Shown: positions 50,846 through 64,000 of the stretch, one piece after another
Layout of the letters: each line of letters starts with the position of its first letter
How positions within the stretch are numbered: the stretch's first letter is position 1
Assembly: GCA_024679065.1 (NCBI GenBank)
Contig: JAGIQG010000015.1
Coordinates: 48,484,001-48,548,000, forward strand
Origin: Sphyrna mokarran
Taxonomy: Eukaryota
Length of the DNA: 64,000 bases
Reading direction: 5' to 3'
Notes under the pieces: model-generated
Databases searched by the model: none
Told to the model about the DNA's origin: nothing
What the model saw: only the letters and a program-made list of their open reading frames with translations
Position numbers and translations under genes: made by a program

Positions 50846-51160
50846 AGGAAAGGAAGCAAATGGGCAAGGGAACCATCATGGCAATTAAGAAAAATGACTG
50901 TTCAGTATGAACAATACCAGTGGCTCTTGGCAATACTAATGTTAAATGCAAGATTTCAAATAATTTTAACCATATAATCACCAAAATATAGGCGATAGGT
51001 TAATTATGTTGTGAAATATTAGGTTGAAATTCATCTTCTCCATTAATGAGTGGAGCAGTTCTTCTGTTTATTTTAGATATATCAATGCCTCCATTAAAGC
51101 AGCAAGGAGCAGAATTTCAGATGAGCATATCGAATATCCATATGTTGGCATCCTAAATTA
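50846..51160 (+). repeat. About 315 bp direct repeat, copy 1 (slc25a21 intron)
   Basis: aggaaaggaagcaaatgg...ggcatcctaaatta, colinear with 51741-52051. Confidence 0.9.
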
Positions 51161-51740
51161 CACCAACTGCATCACTAGTTCCTGGAATTCTCATGGGGAT
51201 TGCTCTGATCATTGACTGTAGCTAAAAGCAAATTGCTATAAACAATCATTTACACCATTTCTACAGGTCTTTGCATATCTTCAATTTAAATTACAGTAGG
51301 AGATTGGGAAAACTAAAAATTCTAGCCCTAGCTTTTTACCAGAGGAATTTCAAAGGCTGATTTTCTTGCTCCCCCTATTCCTGAATGAAAAGCTGAATCC
51401 ATTTAAGTGCATTCCATTGGCAATGACCTGAGCTCACCTGTATTTCTGAGTTCAGATGATTGTTCTACATGTGGCCTAAAACAGTCTTATCCTGACAAGA
51501 CCTTACACTTAGAAATGGAGATGGAATTACATCTGCTCCTGCAAGTCTCAGAGGCATGCTGTAGCAGGAATAGCTGCTGCCTTTGGTACCTTCTGGCAGT
51601 TGTCCAAAAACAATATTCAGAAAGCTTCAGTCTGAAGGTACACGACAAAGTTGTGGAAAAGAAAGGTTTTAGACCTCCCTTCTGACTGCACCATTCATAT
51701 TCTGAATTGAGTGGGCTAAACACAAGATAGATAATTAAAC

Positions 51741-52051
51741 AGGAAAGGAAGCAAATGGTCAAGGGGACTATCATGGCAATTAAAAAAAATGATTGTTTAG
51801 TATGACCAATGCCAATGGCTCTTGGCAATCCTAATGATAAGTGCAAGATTTCAAATAATTTTAACCATATAATGACCAAAATATAGGCTATAGAATTATG
51901 TTCTGAAATATTAGTTGGAAATTCATCTTCTCTATTATGAGTGCAGCAGTTCCTCTGTTTATTTTAAATACATCAATGCCTCCATTAAAGCAGCAAGGAG
52001 CAGAATTTCAGATGAACATATCGAGCATCCCTATTCTGGCATCCTAAATTA
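51741..52051 (+). repeat. About 310 bp direct repeat, copy 2
   Basis: Colinear with 50846-51160; the ORF track shows near-duplicate translations. Confidence 0.9.
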
Positions 52052-52289
52052 TATCAAGAACTATAATCATGAGTTCCCAGCGTCTTTATTGTTTTTCATT
52101 TCTTTCCATGAATACAGTGGAAAATGAGATGGAAAAGTCATTGGCGTTCCAATCTGCCCTTGTCCCACTGCTGCTCTTTGCCTATGTCTGTTGTTGGCAC
52201 AGCCACTCTGTTTCTCTGTACTTTAGCAAAGATCTGGAAATCCTATTCAATATAAAAGGGGCAAAGATCCAGTTTTGGGTTGATACTTT

Positions 52290-53340
52290 TAAAAATTATT
52301 TATTAATGGGGTGCTAGATTGGCATTTTTTACCCATCTCCTAATTGCTTTTGGGAAGGTGCTGGTGAGTTACCTCCTTGAACCTGTGCAGTCTGTGTTTG
52401 TAGGAAGGGAGTTCCAGGATTTTGACCCAGCAACAGTGAACTATTGATTCAGTGATTTATTTACAAGTCAGGATGGTTTGTGGTTTGGAATGCAGCTTGG
52501 AAAGTGGTGCTGTTCCTATGTACCTGCTGTCTTTATTCTTTGAGGTGATTGACGTCACAGGTTCAAAAGATGCTGATAAAGGAGCTTTGATGAGTTGTTG
52601 CAGTGCCTCGTGTATATAGTACATATTATTGCCATTATGCTTCATTAGTGAATGGAGTGAACATTGAGGTGGTGGATGAGGTGCCATCAAGTGGGTTGCT
52701 TTGTCCTGGAGCTTTTTAAGTATTGTTGGAGCTGAAATATTTCAGGCAAGAGGAGAGTATTACCTCATACTCCTATTCGTGCCTTGTAGGTAGTTGACAG
52801 GGTTTGGGAATTCAGGAGGTGAATTAGTTTCTGCAGAATTCCCAGTCCCTGACCTGCTGTTGTAATCAGAGTGCTTTTTTGGTTGTCCCAGTTCAGTTTC
52901 TGATCAATGGTAACCTCTCCAAGATATTGATAGTAGGAATTTCAATGATGGAAATGCCATGTGACTTTAAGGAACTCAAAGTCAACATTTCCCTCTTGCC
53001 TGTATAACAGCATGGTGGGTCTGTCCGACTGGTGAGTCATGACATACTGAGATAATAGTGGTTTCTTGGACATTGTAAGGCACAATTCCATGAATATGAC
53101 TACATCAGGCTGTTGCTTGACAAATCTTTTAGATGGCTCTCTCAATTTTGGCACAAGCTCCCAGATGTTAGTAAGAAGGACTTTACAGGGTCAAAAGAGC
53201 TGGGTTTATCATAGTCGTTTCCAATGCCTAGATTGATGCTAGATAGTTCATCCAGTTTCATTCCCTTTAGATTTTGATGCAACTGAGTGATTTGCTCATA
53301 CGTTTCAGAGGTCAGTAAAGAGTCAACCACATGACTGTAT
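52290..53340 (-). mobile_element. Decayed CR1-clade LINE fragments
   Basis: Same family as 59870-61480 (gaaggtgctggtgag...gtaggaagggagttccaggattttgacccagcaa); minus-strand QQPDVVIF endonuclease-like remnant. Confidence 0.65.
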
Positions 53341-53899
53341 TACACTTGTAAACAAGAACTAAACATTTTTTGGAACGTTGGGGTGAAAACTCAGCCTCAT
53401 GAATTCTGGTATGAAAACATTAACATGGGACTCATTTGTTAATAAATAAACATGATGTGATGCTGAATAGAAGGTCTATGTTCAGGCCCGGCTAATTTAG
53501 CTATTGTAAAAATGGGCAGGCTTAGGAGAGAAAATCATTAAAGTTTTCCTATTGATTCAGTTACCTTTTGAAGCCTTAACTGTGGGTATTGGATTTAGTT
53601 TATCTGTGCTGCCCACTATGATTAAATATGAATATACAAAAAACAGGATGAGAAAAGATTGCCATTTCTAGCACTGCTCACCAAATTCACTAAGCTTTAT
53701 CACCCTGTATAGAGATCTCCCTAATGGGAGTAATTTTAATGGCCAAGGAAGGCAAAGCATAGAGTAAGAAACTATTGACTATCTCAGAAAAACTCTATCG
53801 AGGTTCCTTTGGATTCCATTAGGCAATTAAACAAATTCCAGTACATTATGGTTGTCTATGACGTATCATAAATGAACTTAACTCATCCTCCCTGAATAG

Positions 53900-55460
53900 T
53901 ATGTCAGTCCCAGTAAGTCTATGCTTGCAGGTTTCACTAACAGTAATCGTTAAATGCCCTAGTGCCCTGAAAGGCAGCAGACTTACTGGCTCAGGTGTTG
54001 GTTTACAAGGTCTGCCATATAGGATTAATCTTTCATCATTAGGTATTATGGAGGTATCTCAATCCCAAAGATAGGCCATTTATCTCTTCTAAATGGATAG
54101 GCCATGGTAGTGTATTAAGCAAATAACGGTCCTTTTCTAATCCTATCTAGCGACAGGTGTGATACCAGAAGACTGAAGATAGCAAACATTGTATCATTGT
54201 TTTGAGAGCGTGACCAAGTAATATCAGGCTACTCAGCTAACCTAAGTGGTGGGAAAAACATTGGAAAATATTCTCAGGGACAGAATAAATCTGTAAGGAA
54301 TAATCAAAGATAGCAGATTTGTTGTGAGGAGATCATATTTGATGAATGATTGAGTATTTTTGAGGACTTAATAAGGAGAGTTGGTGGGAGTGATGGCACT
54401 CGATGTAGTATTTATGGATTCTAACAAGAGTTTTAATTAGGTCCTAAGTAGCAGTCTCATCACAAACATTAAACCCATTTGATCCCAGACAAAGTGGCTC
54501 ATTGAATTCAAAATTAGCTCAGGGACAAGAAGCAAAGCGCAATAGTTGGCAAGTGCTTTTATGGTTGGAAGGTTTTTTCCAATGAGGTTCTGCAGTGCTC
54601 AGAAGACACGAGAAGTTAATAATTATTACACAAATTGGCTTGTGACTAATAATGAAGAAGAAAGTTGTCAACTTTAAGACAAAAATCAATGAACTAGTCA
54701 AGTGAGCAGAATATTGGAAATCAGAATTCAAATTGGAAAAGTGTTGGATAATGTACCTTAGCAAGACTAACAAGGCAAGAGAATACACAATAATAGGATA
54801 CTATTATTGAGAAGTGTGGAAGAACAGAGGGATCTTGTATTTAGATAAAATGATCAAGGAGGCATGTACATGCCTACATTTATTAGTCAAAATATAAATA
54901 TAATAGCAATGAGATTATGCCACAACTGAAAAAAAAACACTAGATAAGCCACAGCTGGAGTATTGCATATGGTTTTGGCCATCACAGTATGTGCTAGAGA
55001 GGATACAGAAGACATTTAGGAGGATGTTACTTGGACTTGAGAATTTTAGTTATGAGCAAAGATTGGATAGGCTAGTTTTTTCTTTGGAACAGAGGAATCT
55101 GAGAGAAGGCCAAACTGAAGTGTATAAAACTATGAAAGATTGTGATAGGAGAGGAAAGCCATATTTTCCTTGGTTGAAGGGACCATAACCAGAGATCACA
55201 GATTTAGGGTAAAATGTATTTGGTTTAGAGAGGAAGTTTCCAAAGGTTGGTGGAAATCTGAAATTCATTGGCAGAAAGGGTAATAGAAACAGAAACTCTC
55301 ATAAAAAGTCCTTAAATATGTGCTTGAAGTGGTGTAACTTAGAAGGCTATGGACCCCAAGAGAATTGGAAAGTGGGATTAGACTGGATGACAACTTGTTG
55401 GCTGACAAGGACACAATAGGCCAAATATTCTCCTTCTGTGTTGTAGATTATGATTTAGTG
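53900..55460 (+). mobile_element. Decayed CR1 ORF2 and 3' end
   Basis: Remnants PED*R.ANIVSLF, DVVFMD, PQLEYCIWFWPS and LERIQKTFRRML...FSLEQRNLR. Confidence 0.85.
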
Positions 55461-56263
55461 ATCCTATGAACTGTGGTTCTATGTTTCTGACCTTGTTGGG
55501 TCCCATGAATTCTTATGAGTAACAGGCTGAGCAACATAAATAACCATGGAGTATACAAATCCATTTCCACCATCGTACAGACCATAGTGGTCATGATACT
55601 CAAATAATAAGCCAGAGATACAACTTAATGTAGTCCAAAAAGACAAGTTCAAATCCGAGCACAGCATGTGGAGAATTTTAAAAATCAGTTAATTAAATTA
55701 ATCTGGAATAAAATACATATATCAGTAATGGTGACCAAGAAACTATTGGATTGTTGTAAAAACCCATCTGGTTCATTAATGTAGTTCAGAGAAGGAAATC
55801 TGTTGTCCTGACCTGTTTTTGCAGATTACTAACTCTTGCCATCAATTGAAAAGCACTAAGAATGTTGCATATATGTACTCAGCCCACGTGGATGTGTAAC
55901 TGTTTCTGATGTCTTTTTGTTCTGAGAACAGCAGGAGTATTGGTGTAGTTTTAACAAGTTGCTTTAAATGCAGACTGGGTGACTACTTTGAGAAACACCT
56001 TCACCTTCAATCTGCAAGCATGACCACAACCTTCTTGTTGCTTGCCATTTAAAATCACCATCTTGCCCTCATGCCCACAGTTTCATCCTTGGTCTGCTGC
56101 AATGTTCCAGTGAAGCCCAACACAAACTGGAAGAGAAACATCTTATCATCCAATAAGATGATATAGACAGAGTTTTATTTGGTAAGGGAATCAAGGATTA
56201 TTGGTTAAGGCAAGAAAGCGGAATTGAGGATTTTCATGTCAGATCAGTCATGATTTTACTGAA

Positions 56264-56570
56264 GGCAGTGGTGTAGTGGTATTGTTGCTGGACTAGTAAT
56301 CCAGACACCCAGGGTAATGTTCTGGGGATCCGGATTCAAACCCTGCCATGCAGATAGTAGAATCTGAATTTAATAAAAATCTGGAATTAAAAATCTAATG
56401 ATGACCATGAGACCATTATCAACTGTTGTCAAAACCCATTTCATTCACTAATGTTCTTTATGGAAGGAAATCTATTGTTCGTACCTGATCTAGCTCACAT
56501 GTGACTCCAGATCCTCAGTTGACACTTAAATTCCCTAATGAGATGGTAATAAAAGCTGGCCAGCCACTGA
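56264..56570 (+). mobile_element. tRNA-headed SINE (second family)
   Basis: ggcagtggtgtagtgg A-box and ggattcaaacc B-box head; body shared with 16115-16385. Confidence 0.7.
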
Positions 56571-56589
56571 CTTGATTGGGTCTACTTTT

Positions 56590-57530
56590 TATTGTCTTAT
56601 CATCTTTGGTCACGAGGGGCAGTCAGATAGAGAGAAGGTGAGGTTGAGAAAAGAAATTCCTAAACTTAAGGCCCAGGCAGTTGGCACAAAAAAATACAGC
56701 CATGAAAGGTGGAGCATGGACACAAGGATGGGGTGGGGCTTTAAGTGAGACAGACATTTAAGTGAATGGTCCACATACATATGGAAATTCATGCTGAATT
56801 TTCAGATCATATCACCAGGGGGTAGCATATGAATGATGAATAAAAGGGCTAAGAATAAATCCTTGAACCCTAGAAGTAACAGAACAAGATGGGAAGAGAT
56901 ACCACTGCAAGTGGCTCTCAATTAAATGGATGGGAGTGGAACAAAAGTAGAGCACCAGAATAATGGAGGAGATGTTCCAGAGGAGGATGATATGGTGAAC
57001 TATATCGAGAACTGCAGAAAAACTGAGGTGGATGAAAAGGAATAGTTTATTATGGTCATAGTCCAAAATTATTTCATTTGTGATGTTAACAAAGCATGCT
57101 TCACCAGTGTTGCCAGGCCAGAAACCTGATTTGAGGAACTCAAACCTGGAATTGTGCAAAAATCGGACATGGATTTGGCAAGTCACTATATGTTCAAGGA
57201 ATTAAGAGGGGAAAGAGAGATCAGAAATACCTGGGTGAAGAGAAGATTTTTTTCAGGAGAGGAGTGATGACAGGAAATTTGTTTGAGAGAGCATGTACTT
57301 GAGGAAGGGGAATTTTCAACAATAGCAACTAACCTAAGGTTTAATAAGGGAAGCTGTATGAATAGTTTGTTTGGAATAGGATTAAGGGAGCTACAGTTGA
57401 ATCTTATGTATAGGATAAGTTTAGAGAGAGCAGCGCAGGAGATGGGCTGAAGACTGGAGAAAGATTTGATTTCAGGACTAGGATAATGCAGAATTATGGG
57501 GTTATCTGTCTAGTAGGAGTAACAGACAGA
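56590..57530 (-). mobile_element. Decayed L2 LINE RT fragment
   Basis: Minus strand: HNSRFEFLKSGFWPGNTGE.., LSFSAVLDIVHHIIL (LDLSAAFDTVDH-like) and VQGFILSP (PQGSILGP-like). Confidence 0.7.
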
Positions 57531-57829
57531 CCTGACAACAAATTGTTAACCAACTGTTCAACAAAGATATTTGGATCTGCTTCATTTGGACATGAGGAAG
57601 TAAAACAGGCATACAGCAATTGAGCAAGCATTGTTATTTCATTCATAAATTTAATTATTATAACATTGGTACTTCCTCAGGGTAATTTTAAAAAGCAACT
57701 AAAACAATAAAAGGCCAGTACTTGCTGGTAAACATACTACCAGACTTCATCCTCATAACCTCCTATTAATCACTTTGTTGAGACATAAAAACTCCCAAGC
57801 TTTATTCTATGTCCTCAATAATATCACAA

Positions 57830-58680
57830 TGTACAAGATGGTTTTCTAGTACAGTTTACGGAGCAACCAAGTACAGAATGAGTTAATTTAGACTTGGTAT
57901 TGTGCAATCATGTAATTAATAATCACACATTGGAGCTTCTAGGGAAAAATGACCATAATATGTCAAAATTTTATATTACATTTGTAAGTAATATAATTCA
58001 ATCTGATGCTCAGGTCTTAAATCTAAACAGAGAAATCTCTGGAAGTGTGAGGTGCAAGTTGGCTGAAGTAGGTTGGAAAACTACATTAAAAGATTTAATG
58101 GTAGATAGGCATAGGCCAGCATTTAAAGACTTAATACATGGTTTAGAATAAACTTACATTCCTTTGAGGCACAAAAAAACAACAGGAACGCTGATCCAAC
58201 TATGATGAGCAACAGAAGGTCAAGATTGTACTGGATCAAAGAGGAAGTTTATAAAGTTGCTATAAAGTATAGTAAGCCTGACGATTGGGAGCATTTTTGA
58301 TTTCAGAAAAGGATGACCAAGAAACTGGTCAAGAAAGGGAAAATAGAATATTTAAGTAAATTAGTGAGAAACATCAAAATGGGCTGTAAATGCTTCTATA
58401 GGTGAGTAAAAGGGAAAATATTAGCAAAGATAAATATAGGCCCACTACAGGCAGAGACAGGAGAATTTATAAGGAATGAAGAAATGGCAAAGAAACTAAT
58501 CAAACTTAATTATAAAAAACAGAAAATGCTTAGCAAGTCTGGTAGCATCTGTGGAGAGAGAAACAGAGTTAACATTTTGAGTCCATGCGACCCAGAAGAG
58601 GTTCACAAGAATGATCCTGGGAATGAAAAGCTTGACGTATGAGGAGTATTTGAGAATTCTGGGTCTGTAGTCAATGGAGA
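57830..58680 (+). mobile_element. Decayed CR1 ORF2 fragments
   Basis: LDLVLCN...LGKNDHNM endonuclease C-terminal motif; ataggcccactacaggcagagacaggagaa...gaaatggca segment. Confidence 0.7.
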
Positions 58681-58689
58681 CGAAAAACT

Positions 58690-59190
58690 ATGCATCCCAA
58701 CAAATTCATGGCTGCATTGTGTAACTTGTGCTGCCTCATACCTAGCTAAGCTGTCCCAGTTCAGTTTCAATACTGGTATCTAAATGCAATATGGAAATTT
58801 GCCCAGCTATGTTCTATTCAAAAAGCAGGATAAATCCTATCCACCCAATTATTGCTCCATTAGCCTACAGTCAATCATCTGCAAAGTGATGGAAGATAAT
58901 GCTATGATTGATAATGCTATCAAGTAGCACATACTTACCAATTAATAATATTCAGTTTGGGTTTTATCCAGACCACTTCGTTCAGGTCTCATTACAATCT
59001 TGGTGTGAACATGGACAAAAGAACTGTACTCCACAAGCGAAAGTGACTGCCCTTGACATCAAAGCAGCATTTGATCAAATCTAGCATCAAGAGCCCCCCA
59101 AAAAGTTGAAGTCACTGGGAATCAGGAGGAAAATAATTTACTGGCTAGAGTCATAACTAATACAAAGGAATATGATAGTTGTTTTTGGAA
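58690..59190 (+). mobile_element. Decayed LINE RT fragment
   Basis: NYCSISLQSIICKVME and ALDIKAAFD remnants. Confidence 0.7.
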
Positions 59191-59368
59191 GTCCCATTTC
59201 TGATGAAAACACATTGATCGGAAATGTTAATTCTGTTTCTCTTTCTACAGATGATAATTAATTTGCTGAGTATTTCCTGTATTTTATGTTTCCATTTCAG
59301 ATTTTCAGCAACGTCAGATTTAATTCACTGCCACTTCTCTTCTTGAGAAGTTGGGATTATTCTGTTCA

Positions 59369-59665
59369 GGACAGCATTGTGGCACAGTGGTTAACACTGT
59401 TTCCTCACAGTGCCTGGGACTGAGTTCGATTCCTGGCTTGGGTCATTGTCTGTCTGGAGTCTGCACACTCTCCTCGTGTCTGTGTGGGTTTCCTCTGGGT
59501 GCTCCAGTTTCCTCTCACACCAAAACATGATGGTTAGGAGAACTGGCCATGCTAAATTCTCCCTCAATGTATCTAAACAGGCGCTGTAATGTGGCGACAA
59601 GGGGATTTTCACAGTAATTTCATTACAGAGTTAATGTAAGCATACTTGTGACATACATAAATAAA
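59369..59665 (+). mobile_element. HE1-related SINE with an alternative 3' tail
   Basis: HE1-like head and core followed by ggggattttcacagtaatttcattacagagttaatgtaagcatacttgtgaca...ataaataaa. Confidence 0.75.
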
Positions 59666-59869
59666 TGAATCAGAGTTAAGAAGATTAAGGAGAGATTTGA
59701 TAAAAATGTTCAAAATCATGAATAGTTTTGGTAAAGTAAAGACATTCAGTGATAGAAGGATTGGTAACCAGAGTACATGGTTTTAAGGAAATTGGTAAAC
59801 AAATCAGAAGTGGTGTAAGTAAAACATTTATACAGGGAGTCGTTATTTTTGTGATGTGCAATGTTTTAA

Positions 59870-61480
59870 ATTTATTCAGCTGAGGCATGGGGACATCATT
59901 GGCCAGGCTAGCATTTATTGCCCATTCTTAAGTTCACTTGAGAAGGTGGTGGTGAGCTGTCTTCTTGAATCATGTAGTGAAGGTACACCCACAATGCTGT
60001 TAGGAAGGGAGTTCTAGAATTTTGATCCAGCAATATATGAACTACATACAACTTAGTGCAGACCACTTGTCCCCCTCAAGTCTGCTCAATCATTCAATAA
60101 GATCATGATGATCTCATTATAACCTCAACCCCACATTCCTATCCAGTCTCAATAAATTACCACCTACTATTGAATTAAGAATCTATGACACTCTGCCTTA
60201 GAAAGATTCTGTTTCCTTTGCCATTTCAGGAAGAGAATTCCAAAGACTCATGGCCCTCTAACAGAATAAAACTCTCTTCATCTCCATCTTAAATGAGTGA
60301 CCGCTTATTTTTAAACAGTAAAGTCTAGTTCTAGATTCTCCAACAAGAAATAGCCTCTCCATATCCATTCTTTCAATATCCTTCAGGATCTTAAAGGTTT
60401 TGATCAAGTCATCTCTTACTCTTCCAGTCTCTAAGCTAACCTCTCTAACCTTTCCTCATAAGACAAACTACCCATTCCAAGTTTTTGTCTAGTAAACTTA
60501 CTCAGTGACAGTGACAGAAATGGTGATATATTTCCAAATCAAGATGGCTAGTGGCTTGGAGGGAAGTTTCATTCTCTGGAGAGGATGTTTCCATGTTTCT
60601 GCTATTTTTGTCCTTTAGATGGTAATGGTTGTGGGTTCAGAACGTGTTGCCTAAGGAGCCTTGATGAGTTCCTGAAGTGCATCTTGTAAATGGTACACAC
60701 ACTGCCATTGTGTGTCGGTGATGGAGGGAGTGAATGTTTGTTGAAGGGCTATTTTGTCTTGAATTGTGTCCAACTTCTTGAGTGTTGTTGGAATTGTATT
60801 CATTGAGGCAAATGGAGAGTATTCTATCACACTCTTGACTTGTTGGATAGCTTTTGGGGAGTCAGAGGGTGAGCTACTTGCCATAATATTCATAGCTTCT
60901 GACCTACTCTTGTCGCCATAATATTTGTATGGTTGGTCCATTTCTGCTTCTGGTCAATGGTAAGCCCCAGGATACTGATAGTGGGGGATTCAGTGATTCT
61001 AACACCATTACATGTCAAAGTGTGATGGTTAGATTATATCTTGTTGGAAATGATCATTGTCTGGAATTTTCATGACATAAATGTTACTTGCCACTTTTCA
61101 GCCCTTGCCTCTATATTGTTTAGGTCCTCCTGCATTTGGACATGGACTGCTTCAGTATCTGAGCCATAAATGGTGCTGGTGCTGAACATTGTGCAATCAT
61201 CAGCAAGCACCCCCATTCCTGACATTATGATGGAAGGAAATTCATTGACAAAGCAGCTAAAGGTGGTTAGGCCTAAGGCCAAGGACACTACCCTGAAGAA
61301 CTCCTTCAGTAACTCCTGGAACAGAGATGTTTGACCTCCAACAACCACAACCATCTTCGTTTGTGCTAAGTATGACTCCATCCAGCATTCCTGATTCCCA
61401 CTTATTCCAGCTTTGCTAAGGTTCCTTGATGTCAAATATGATGAAATGCTGCTTTGATGTCAAGGACAGTCATTCTCACT
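59870..61480 (-). mobile_element. Decayed CR1-clade LINE with a nested CR1 3' fragment (about 60040-60505)
   Basis: Minus-strand remnants LADDCT, MQEDLNNIEARAEKWQVTF and VKSVIEYSP...TTLKKLDTIQDK. Confidence 0.8.
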
Positions 61481-62959
61481 GCCAATTATATGCAAAAGTA
61501 AAAATGAACACAAAATACATTTGCAGCTACCAGCTATTTATTTAACCACCATTATAATCTGTCCTAAAGTATCTTTCAAAGATCTTTTTTTCTGTTGAAG
61601 TGTTCACTGTCTCCGAGCATAACTTTTAAAAATGCTATCATTACTGTTTTCCACTAATCTTTCTGTAATTCCATCTTAGTTTTCTTTATGCTATAGCTCC
61701 CTCACAACCATTCAAATTGTTCATACATGAAAATGCTCTTTAGGCTGAGAAGTTCAAGTTTGCTGGTGAACATAGAACTACATCCATAAACGAGCCATTG
61801 TGTTGGTCGAAAACAAGAGAATATTTATCATGATGGGAAGAACTGCTGTAACAGAAATGATTCTTTTAAAGAAAATGTACACTAATTTCTTTAATTTAAT
61901 GTTAAATTTTATGTACTTATATTTCCATTTCGGTATACTTAGTTTCAGGAACAAGATGGTCGGGATTGCAGATTCTTTGTCCAACTGTTTTCAGTTTCTT
62001 AATGCCTTATACATAGTGCTCTTTGTAAGATGGGGCATTTTTTTCAATTTTACTTTTTAATTTTCCTTCTCTTGATCACATGAAGTACTTAGTATTGACG
62101 AAGTGTCAGGCAAGAACCATTGAGATTGCCTCTACAGGCTCCTTGAAGAAATGCTGATGCACAGCTCAAAAGAAAATACCGTAAGAAAACATTTTAACTA
62201 TTTAGAAATAGCAGATTTTGGAATACAATTCAAGAGACAGTAAATAGAATTTGCTTTGTTGTCTTTCCCCATTGACACATTACATTGAGCTTGTATCAGT
62301 TTCTCTAAATTTGAACAGAAACAATTTTTTCCCTTGAACCTTCAGGGTAGTTTTGATTAAAAGATTGTCGACATAAGTTTTTTTTTAATGAGTTGTTCAT
62401 AGGAACTTCTCTTTCAAAATGAATGTCAAATTCATAATATCAAGCAAATGTTCTCTTCAAATATTCAGTAGGCAGTTAGGACAGAAGAGAGGTGGATTTA
62501 AATTTCTGATTATTTGAAGTTTGAACATGCTTTTCTAATCATTAAATCAATGACATTATTTAACAAGAAATGTATATAAATACAATTTTCTGATCTAGTG
62601 ACCAGAAAATTTTGCTCAGTATATAAATCACAGAGTTAACATTATGAGTTTTAACTATTCCATGGTACCACTTAGTAAAAAATACAATAAAATAAATTAA
62701 TTCTGTTTAGGAAACTTATATGGCCATGGCTCTTCTATTAATTAGAAGATTATTTCTTAATTTAGTTTGCAAGAGGGGAATAAGTTTAATTGGCTAATTG
62801 GCTTATAAATTACAGATTTTATTTAACTTGCAGGAGGATGGGAAGCGGGGGTAACAATGGAGAGGAAAAACAAGATGCACAAAAAATTGGGAGGGACATG
62901 ATTAGAGGAAGAAATAGAGTGAGAAGGAATGTAAATTAGGTCAAAATTGAGATTTCAAA

Positions 62960-63670
62960 GTACAGATATGAATGGATGGATTATGGTAAGTAAGGTTGGT
63001 GAGCTGCAGGTGCAGATAGCCACATGGGAGTACGAAGTTGTGGCGATAATGGATACCTGCTTAAAAAGGGGCTGACTGGGGATTAAATATTCCTGGATGC
63101 AAGATATTCAGAAATGAATGAAAGATGGAAGTTGGTACTACTGATTCAGAGATTATTACAGCACTGGAAACAGAGAATATCCTAGAGAAATCAACTTCCA
63201 AATCTACTTGGTTAGAGCTAAGAAGCAATACAGCCACCATTACATTACTGGATACATTCTATACACATCCAACTAATGGGAAAGATGTAAAGGAACAAAT
63301 TTGCAAGGAAATTACAGAAAGATGCAAAAATGTGGTGTGATTACAGTGCGATACTTTAATTATATTAATATAGACTGGAATAATATTAAGTGCAAAGGCA
63401 GAGAGTGGGAGGAGTTTCTTAATTATATTCAAGAGAAAACTTTACATCAGCATATTTCCATTCCAACAAGAAAGGAAGCATGGCTGGATCTGACAGTTAG
63501 CTGGGGAAAATGGATCAAATGTTAACACGGACACATTTAGGGCACAATGATCCTTTTATCGTAAGGTTTTGGTTAGAAGTGGAAAACAAAAAAAAATCAG
63601 AGTAAATGGAGAAATAATTATTTGAAGGAGTGTCAATTACAAAGAAGTGAGAACAGATCTGCCACAGGTA
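62960..63670 (+). mobile_element. Decayed CR1 APE-endonuclease region
   Basis: KVGELQVQIATWEYEVVAI, LNIPG, STWLELRS, FNYINIDW and PTRKEAWLDL remnants. Confidence 0.8.
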
Positions 63671-64000
63671 AATTCAGAGAGGAGTGCCCGTAAAGCAGCG
63701 AGAGTTTGGAGAGAGAGAAGGCCAACAAAACAGCAGGAACTCGGACAGAGAGAGCCCATAGATCAGCAGGAGTTTGGAGAGAGAGCCCATAAAGCAGCAA
63801 GATTTTGGAAAGAGACAGAGCCAATAAAGCAGCAGGAGTTCAAAGAGGGAGAGCCACAAAGCAGTGGGCATTTGGAGAGAGAAAAAGACAACCCATTGAG
63901 CAATGGATGTTTAGAGAGAGAGAGATCCCATAAAGTAACTGGAGATTGAAAAGAGAGAGAGCCAATAAAGCAGCAGAAGTTCGGAGACAGAGCCCATAAA
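63670..64000 (+). repeat. Degenerate minisatellite, unit about 31-36 bp, running off the window end
   Basis: About 10 units resembling gagagagcccataaagcagcaggagtttgga. Confidence 0.85.

Noticed and set aside
50790-51879. Paired hydrophobic ORFs (MVIIWLKLFEILH...) as duplicated membrane-peptide genes
   Set aside because: Non-ATG starts, different lengths and termini, and no recognisable family; the DNA duplication explains the similarity.
63670-64000. CRISPR-like array
   Set aside because: Units are contiguous and degenerate with no unique spacers, no cas genes are present, and the context is eukaryotic.
50500-64000. Further slc25a21 exons (NPFEVVK-type exon)
   Set aside because: Not found by eye on the minus strand; probably beyond the window, though a short exon could have been missed.

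Overview
Vertebrate genomic DNA, most likely a shark (inferred from HE1-type and Deu-domain SINEs, CR1/L2 LINEs and Penelope-type palindromic repeats). The core is a complete four-coding-exon pax9 gene (+ strand, ATG 39272 to TAG 45495, 346 aa). It lies tail-to-tail with the last four coding exons of slc25a21 (- strand, 50487 to 47878), which the ORF track misses. A roughly 15 kb CpG-retaining, repeat-poor domain (about 29.6-44.9 kb) surrounds pax9, and the flanks are dense with transposons. Upstream is a 6.3 kb LTR-to-LTR endogenous retrovirus (19364-25648) with a tRNA-Phe-like PBS, 5-bp TSD, two zinc knuckles, no RT/RNase H, a gamma-type env remnant and an unexplained 1.2 kb insert splitting gag. 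Also present: a decayed Harbinger transposase hit by a young CR1, two near-identical young CR1 3' ends, a minimal hammerhead-ribozyme motif and several local duplications. All calls were made by eye, with no database searches. I cannot claim a new biological system from sequence alone; the ERV and its insert are the best leads.
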